The notes under the pieces are model-generated. The model did no database searches. It was not told the origin of the DNA and saw only the letters and a list, made by a program, of their open reading frames with translations. 64,000 bases of DNA from the human T2T-CHM13v2.0 reference genome, Homo sapiens: the NCBI RefSeq assembly GCF_009914755.1, contig NC_060928.1. The stretch is one strand, 5' to 3'. Shown in pieces: positions 56,618-64,000 of the stretch. Positions within the stretch are counted from its first letter, which is position 1; each line of letters begins with the position of its first letter. The translations under genes were made by a program, and so were the position numbers.

Positions 56618-58867
56618 TAAAAGTTTTAAATTTTGATAAAGGCCAACATATCAACTTTGTCAATGGTTCGCTTTTTAAGTCCTATCTAAAAAATATTTGC
56701 TTATCCTAAAGTTGCTAGCATTTACTCCTATGTTTTCTTCTAGAACTTTTATACTTTTAGCTTTTACATAGAGATCTATGACTCATTTCAAGCTAATGTA
56801 TGGTGCAAAGTAGGAATTGTTCATTTTCCCCCAAAATTTTTGTAATTAAGTTCTTGAATTAAATTTCCTTATTCTGAAATCCCTAGAGTGATTTCCATTT
56901 TCCTGACTGGTGTAACTCAATACAGGCAATGGTATTAGAAAGATAGGTGGTATTCAGATTGCAGAAGGATTTGAATGCCAGGCTAAATTACCACAGCTCT
57001 ATTTAACTTACATGTATGATATGATGTTGATACTTGACAAATACTTGCTTAGATAAAATCTTGAGAAATAAACAATCTCAGCTTCCTCATCAGTAAAGTA
57101 CTGATAATAATACATTTTTTGTAGCCTGTAATGAGATTTGATAAATACACATGCATATAAACATAACGCACAATGCTACGCAGTATGTGCACTATACGCT
57201 ATGCCAGATAATATGCAGCTAATATTGGATTTAATATATTTACTGAGAATATGTTTTATTCTTTCCCCACTAAGCTTTCTGGGCTCCTTCTTTGCCCATT
57301 AATGTGCTGGTGACAAACTATACCCTTCCTTTCCCTGGCTATCATCCCACTGTTTCTGTAATATTCTATTTCTTCAGTGTTGTTGGATGTAGGTCGACGC
57401 ATCAACATTTCATAAAAAGTTCATTCACCATGTGACAGCCTTATCCCTACTGCTTGTACAAGTGTCACCCTGTTACAAAATAGCACAACACTAGAGCCAG
57501 AAGAAACTAGAGAACAGGGCTCTGATGGAAACACAAAGTCTGGTTTAAAGGTCAAGCTGCAGAACACAGCAAAGCAGGGAATCCTTTACTTTGCTCTGGG
57601 AGGGGTGGGGAAGAGGAAAACAAATAGAAACATACTCTCTTACACCTGCATTTTCAAAAAGAAAGAAGCATTTTAAATAATGTGCCTAAATATATAGTCC
57701 TCAGGAAGAGCATAAACACATTATAAGGTAAACAGCTCAATGATAACTGGAGACCAAACACTGACATGAGCATGCTTAGCTCTTATTATGCTGGCATCAT
57801 TTTACATCAACCTGTTTGACTTCCAGTCTATTTAAGGTTTTTATCATTTCTGACCATTCTGACTATCTGTTTCTCCAGAAAGCACGTGAAGAAGCCTGAT
57901 TAAAAACCTTAAGGATTGTAAGTAATTTGTTTAGAAGAATCTCTGGTTGCTCATCTTCCAATAAATACTGCATAATTCACCTTTAGTTGGTTTGAAAGCA
58001 GGTCATAACTGGTATGTTGGGGGATGGGGAGGAGGGGATGGCTCAAAGTGGTGGTATGAATAAGCTCTGAAAAGGTGACAGACTCACTCTTAGCTACAGA
58101 AAAGAGGCTTGATGTTTTGACCCGGAGCCTGGGTTGATGTCCCAACAATAAATTACTGAAATTCACCTAGGACTGGTGTGTTCACATGCCTTCCCGGACA
58201 ATCTAATGGATTTTATCTAAAGCATATAGTAACAAGAGCAATGGGGCAGTCATGCATTTTATAAGATCATAACCCTACCCATTCCTCTGGCTCACAGAAC
58301 ATAATTTTCAGCTCTTTGTGTTTAGAACAAAAAACAGAATTTGTAATAAATATTTGTCCTTGCAACAAGAATTCCTTGCTATGAGTTTAGGGTGAAAATA
58401 AAAGAGATACAAATGAGGTAAGCTGCTCAACAAGGTAAGGATACATGAAAGGGCAAAAGGAATAAGGGGGACTGAGCTGAGCCTGACATTTGTCTTCCAT
58501 TTTGCCCCTGCAGATGGAAACCACAGCTCATGTAGCAGTCTCTTGTGCTTTCTTCTTGTTTCCTTACTAGGCTGATAAAGCTGAAAGAGACTTAGAGATT
58601 ATTTACTCAATAATTCTCTCAACCAAATAAGATAATGAATATAAAGCATTCATCCCTATTTCTGGCTCAAAGAAATCCTTAATAAAAAGTAGGCTATTGG
58701 TGATCATGATAAAGTTGAAGCTATTTAGTTGTTCATGATTATATTAACCCATCCCATTCACTTCATACGAAGGAGATAGATAAGAAACCCAGCATCTCAT
58801 GTTGGTTGAATGGGATAATATTTACTATGTCAGTGCTGAGATTGGGTCTTCTAACTCTTTAAACAGT

Positions 58868-59009
58868 TTGTTTTTTTTTTTAAATGAAAAAATAGAGATG
58901 GGGTCTTGCTGTGTTGCCCAGGGTGGTCTGAAACTCCTGGGCTCAAGCAATCCTCCTGCCTCAGCCTCTCGAAGTGCTGGGATTACAGACATGAGCCACT
59001 GTGCCTGGC
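58868..59009 (-). mobile_element. FLAM monomer
   Basis: gagatggggtcttgctgtgttgcccagg...gagccactgtgcctggc. Confidence 0.9.
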
Positions 59010-60247
59010 TTAAACAATTCATTTAAACGATTTATTTTCCCTTCTGGAGCAGATTCTCAAACTTCTTTTTAAAAGAGTCACATTCCCTTTTGATAAAATT
59101 AAAAATCTTATCCCTCCTGGTGAAGGTTTGACACCTCTATTCTCACACCTTTCAGAAGTACTGTGATTTTTCCTGAATCCTTACCTATCAGGAAGATTTT
59201 GTTGAATTCTGGAGTTGGTATTTTAAAAAATAATTTGCATTTTTTGTTTCCCACTTATAAAACCAAGTCATTACTTTATGTGATGTTTTTCTATACACAT
59301 TCCTCCTAACCCCAATCATTGATTCAAAAGTTTGCAATCCCTAAATGCTTCATCTGGGTTTGGTACCTCTTTAAAAATCTCATGCTACTCTGAAGCAGAA
59401 TTTTTTTTGGTGGGCGGAAAGAGAGATTTTTAAATGCTACAAAGGTACAGGGAATAATATAGTAAACCAAACTGCGGTGTCTCCATCACTAAGTGTCAAT
59501 GCTTAATGATATTTAGGTCTCTGTCCAATGTCACTTTCTCAGATAAGCCCTCCTTGATTGCCTGCCCTAATTAATAGTCCCTGGTCATTCTCTAACTCCT
59601 TACTTGGCCTCATTTTCATTTTATTTTTGATAATTGAATCCTGACATTATATTCTATATTTCTTATCTTATTCAATAGGATGTAATCTCCATGAAGTCAG
59701 GAACTGCCTGCATTGCCCCAAGATTCCCCAGCATAGAAAGGAGGATCTGAATTTTACTAGGCTCTGAATAAATTTTTATTGAATGAATGATGTTTCATTT
59801 AAGCCTGCCTTTTTAATTAAGGCAAAACAAAAAACAAATAAAAACCCCCACATTAGCTCCTTTTGTGTCTCACCACTAGTTTCATATCCCCAACACAGCA
59901 ACCACCACTCTGATTTGATATGAATTCTTCCAGTATCTTTCATGCAAATCAGTGTGTGTGTATGTGTGCAGGTAACAAAAAAATCAATGTACAAGTTACA
60001 TAATGTTTTGTGTTAGCATTTTTTATACGAAAGAAAGCTTGCTATTTGTGTTATCCTGCAATTTACTTATTTTTCCTTATCTTGTTTTCAGATTTAATTC
60101 GTTATGTATTTAATTCTTGTTAACTGCTACAAAAAAAACTAGTCCATCTAAGAATATGCTATAGTTTATTCGTCCTTTCCCCAACAGAGAAACCTTTAGG
60201 TTATTTACAATATTTTTCACTATTATAACAATTTTTCCCTGTACATG

Positions 60248-60618
60248 TGTTGTGTGCTAAATGTTTCTGTTCCCCCAAATTCATATGTTGAAAGCTTAAA
60301 CCCCAATATAATGATATTAGAAGGTGGGGGTTTGGGGAGGTAATTAGGTTTAGATGTGGTTATGAGGTTGGGGTGCCCATGATAGGATTAGTGTTCTTAT
60401 AAGAAAAAGACTGGAGTTCACTCTCTCATCTCACCACTGAGGACACAGAGAGACAGCAGCCATCTTCAAGCCAGGAAGAGGTATCTCACTAGAAGTCAAC
60501 CATGCAGCCATCCTGATCTTGGACTTCCCAGACTCCCGAACTGTGAGAAATAAATGTCTGTTCTTTAAGCCACCAGGTCTATGTTATTTGATGATAGCAG
60601 CCTGATAGACTAATACAA
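60248..60618 (+). mobile_element. MLT1A0-like MaLR solo LTR
   Basis: cccccaaattcatatgttgaa ... gaactgtgagaaataaatgtctgtt ... gactaataca. Confidence 0.9.
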
Positions 60619-61402
60619 TGTATCTTTTAGCAAGTTCTCCAAAAATGTTAGTTTCCTTTTCCCTGCCTTCTTTTCAGAGCTAAGAATACAAAATCACTTG
60701 CTTCTCCTAGGAAGGGACCTTTTGAGGAGTTTAATGCAGCTTCCAGATGCTACCACTTGTTTTGGCTTTCCAGAAAATAAGTGTCAAATTAATAAGAGAA
60801 ATGAAGAGGTGTAAAGTACCATTTTAAATCACTGATCTCACTAAAGGTTAACTATAATGATAGCTAGTCACCTGTCTGCACCTATTATTATATTCCATGC
60901 TCATGGCAGGTGGCAATGAAGGTGGGATGTGTGAGTAGGAATAGCACTGGTAGAAAATGATAGATTTGGCCAAGAATTGTTCTAACACACTTTTTTTTAT
61001 AACAGTGGCTATTATAATTTTATCACCATCATCACCATCCATTATATTTGATTTAGTTTCCAATGTTCTTGAACACATTTGAGCCCATTTTACAGCAGGC
61101 TACCTAACTTTCAGAAAGGCTATAGTTCTCTCAAAGTCTCAGAAAGAGCCAGTAGTAAGTGGCAGAACTAGGACTTGAACCTAGCTCTTCTGTTCTTGCT
61201 CCAGTAGGTTTCACGGTGCTCCATGAAGTCATACAGGTCCACAGAGCACCCCAAGGACCACTGTGGGAGGAACTGGGAAGGCTGGACAGTGGTGGAAAAT
61301 GATAGTGGTGATGAGAAAATTGACAATAATAACTGCAACAAGCCCAGCTGAGACAGTTCTTTCCAAACTCCTCCATTCCTCCCCCTCCTTTAGCATTTAG
61401 CA

Positions 61403-62060
61403 CAGTTGTCCTTCCGTATCCAGTATTCGTGGGGGATTGGTACCAGGACACTGCCCCCTATCAAAATCTGAGGATGCCCAAGTTCCTTATATAAAATGGT
61501 GTAGAATCTGCATATAATCTATGCACATCCTTTTGTATATTTTAAACCTGGGCCACCGACTGGTACCAGTCCATGGTCTGTTAGGATCTGGGCCACACAG
61601 CAGGAGGTGGGTGGAGGGTGAGTGAGCATTACTGCCTGAACTCCGCCTCCTGTCAGCAGAGCATTTGATTCTCATAGGAGCAGGAACCCTATTGTGAACT
61701 GTGCATATGAGGGATCTAGGCTGTGCATTCCTTGTGAGAATCTAACTAATGCCTGATGATCTGAGGTGGAACAGTTTCATCCCGAAAGCACCACCGTCCC
61801 CCCAACCACCTCTCTTGTGGAAAAATTCTCTTCCAAGCAACTGGTTCCTGGTGCCAAAAAGGTTGGGAACTGCTGCTTTAAATCATCTCTAGATTACTTA
61901 TAGCACCTAATATAATGTAAATGCTACCTAAATAGTTATTGTACTGTAGATTTTATTGGTACTATTTTCTACTGTTGGATTGAGATTTTTTTGTCCTGAA
62001 TATTTTTGATATGCAGTTGGATGGAGGGACACCTATATAGCAATGTACGAGGGCAGATGA
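61403..62060 (+). mobile_element. MER2 (Tigger) split by MER1B
   Basis: gggggattggtaccaggac...gttccttatataaaatggtgtag | ctttaaatcatctctagattacttata. Confidence 0.87.
61548..61875 (+). mobile_element. MER1B (hAT-Charlie) nested in MER2
   Basis: gattctcataggagcaggaaccctattgtgaactg; ggtgccaaaaaggttgggaactgctg; TSD ttttaaac/ctttaaat. Confidence 0.9.
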
Positions 62061-62478
62061 CTAATAGTGTAATGAATCTGTTGAAGTTGTTGAACCCCCT
62101 CATTTACTTAACTAATTTGATCTATAGTTCTTTTGCTAATCTGATCTATGTTTCCTGAAAAGCTAAAACAAAACAAGCATCTGATGGCTAAAATTAATTC
62201 TGCCAAATGCCTCCGCTTGTAGTGATGCAACAACAAGGGAGGGGAAGGACCTATACTTCACCAGCCTGTGCTGGCTGCTTTTCATGTATTTATTAACTTA
62301 AAAAACCACGAGTTTAAGCTGATCTCTTTATTACATTTGAACTGTACACAAATATTGGGTTTGAAAAAGACTTTTGTTAAAAACCCAAAGGCAAAGGTGT
62401 GGCCAATTCAGGACTTCCATACAATGGCAATTTTGTATCCTGCTAACTCTGTCTCCAGAAAGTGGGTTAGGGAGTCTG

Positions 62479-62572
62479 GGTGACTTCTTGGCTTCGCAGG
62501 CTCCTTCCCCCTGGGGAGGGATGTCGGCGACTTCTTGGCCTCACAAGTTCCTTCCCCCTGGGGAGGGATGTA
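62479..62572 (+). repeat. Two-copy 47-bp tandem duplication
   Basis: 62479-62525 versus 62526-62572, 6 mismatches. Confidence 0.92.
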
Positions 62573-62606
62573 GCCAAACTGTACCCTAGAGTAAAAGGTC
62601 TGTGGA

Positions 62607-62909
62607 GGCTGGTGTAGTGTGGCTCATGCCTGTAATCCCAGCACTTGGGAGGCCCAAGCAGGAGGATCGCTTGAGGCCAGGAGTTTGGGACCAGCCTGGG
62701 CAACATAGTGAGACCCCATCTCTTAAAAAAAAAATAAGCTAAAAGATTAGCTGAGTGTGGTGGTGTGTACCTGTAGTCCCAGCTACTCAGGAGCTTGAGG
62801 TAAGAGGATTGCTTGAGCCAAAAGATTGAGGCTGCAGTGAGCCATGATTGCACCATTGCAATCCAGCCTGGGAGATGGAGTGAGATCCATCTCTTAAAAG
62901 AAAAAAAAA
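62607..62909 (+). mobile_element. AluJ
   Basis: Full dimer; TSD aaaaggtctg(t/a)g. Confidence 0.94.
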
Positions 62910-64000
62910 GGTCTGAGGGTAGTGTTGCCACCATGACCACCCCCCGGCCTTTCTCCAAAGAACACTTTTATTCACAATATTCCAGGCATGTGATTAACAC
63001 CACTGCCTTATTTCATTATTTAAATATTCCACCCATGGATGTTTTTTCTCCTAACTAGAGCAGACTGTAATTTCTCAGGGGTCAGGGGCTTATTTTGCAA
63101 GACTGCATCTCTAATGCTATAGAAATAAAAGAAATGCAAAAGTTATCACTTGAATGTACTGAATAAATAAATGGGAAAATCTGAAGATATCATGTTGATT
63201 TTTTGAAAGGATAAAACACTGGGGAAGGGGACTTATGCTCTTTTGATATCAATGCTATGTGGAATACATCATGCTAAGGAATCAAGGCAAAACCACAGAG
63301 TAGGCTAAGAGAAACAAGACCTAGACTGAGCAGCGAGCTCAAGTGTTTCATTTATTATGGGACAGGAATCTCATTCCTGCTCTTTCCAACTCCACCTTAT
63401 TAGGTACCTTTTAAGATCATTTTCTGTTTCCTTGTTTCTCTTTTAGAACCATGCTCAGCACCTCCCTAAGAAGAGGGGCCACCTGTGTGGAATGGTTCCT
63501 GAAGCTGGCAGTGGTGGGGGTGTGAATAAGCCAGTTGTTCTGGCGGGGGCTTGTGAAGCTTAAAAATGAAGAATTGAGAAGAACTGAAAAGGTATCGTTT
63601 AGAGTTGGATTATCATGAGTGACTAAACATGTACACAATAAACACAGAATTAGGAAAATTCTTAAAATTTTAAAACTGAAAAACTAGCAATTTTCTAGTA
63701 TTAGGAATGCAAAATCTAAGACAGAGGCATTTCATCCTAATATTCTCCAATATATGTACAAAAGGCCAAATTCCCTAAACAAGTCCATAGGGAGTTCCTG
63801 GAATTTAACATGGGGGTTAAGGTTTTAGTATTTCCTCCACAAGCTGAAGAGTGATGGTTCCTTTCTCTGTCTCTTTCTAAACTCAGGAAAGCTATGCAAA
63901 TCCCTTATGTAGACAAAGCTTTTAGTAGATCTGGCAAATGAGATCTGTTCTTAAGAAACAGCACTTGGCAAAGTAACTGCTATTTTGTACACATCTGTTT

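Noticed and set aside
62467-62958. 163-aa minus-strand ORF
   Set aside because: Almost entirely antisense AluJ

Overview
Primate (most likely human) genomic DNA, dense in Alu, L1, L2, MIR, LTR and DNA-transposon relics. The only protein-coding sequence I can support is the last coding exon of RNF150 (PA-TM-RING E3 ligase) on the minus strand at 38095-38213, which the ORF track misses because it has no start codon. It is followed by a ~8.45 kb 3'UTR ending at an AATAAA plus GU-rich signal near 29640. Positions 38214-64000 are the preceding intron and 1-29630 is repeat-rich downstream intergenic DNA. I see no convincing new biological system. The best leads are modest: a chain of plus-strand splice signals suggesting an antisense spliced RNA in the intron, a donor-like AG|GTGAG start of the terminal exon paired with an in-frame cryptic acceptor in the UTR, a CTCF motif and a perfect hairpin in the UTR, and several atypical insertion or recombination scars. 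Repeat subfamily names come from recalled consensus sequences and many boundaries are approximate.
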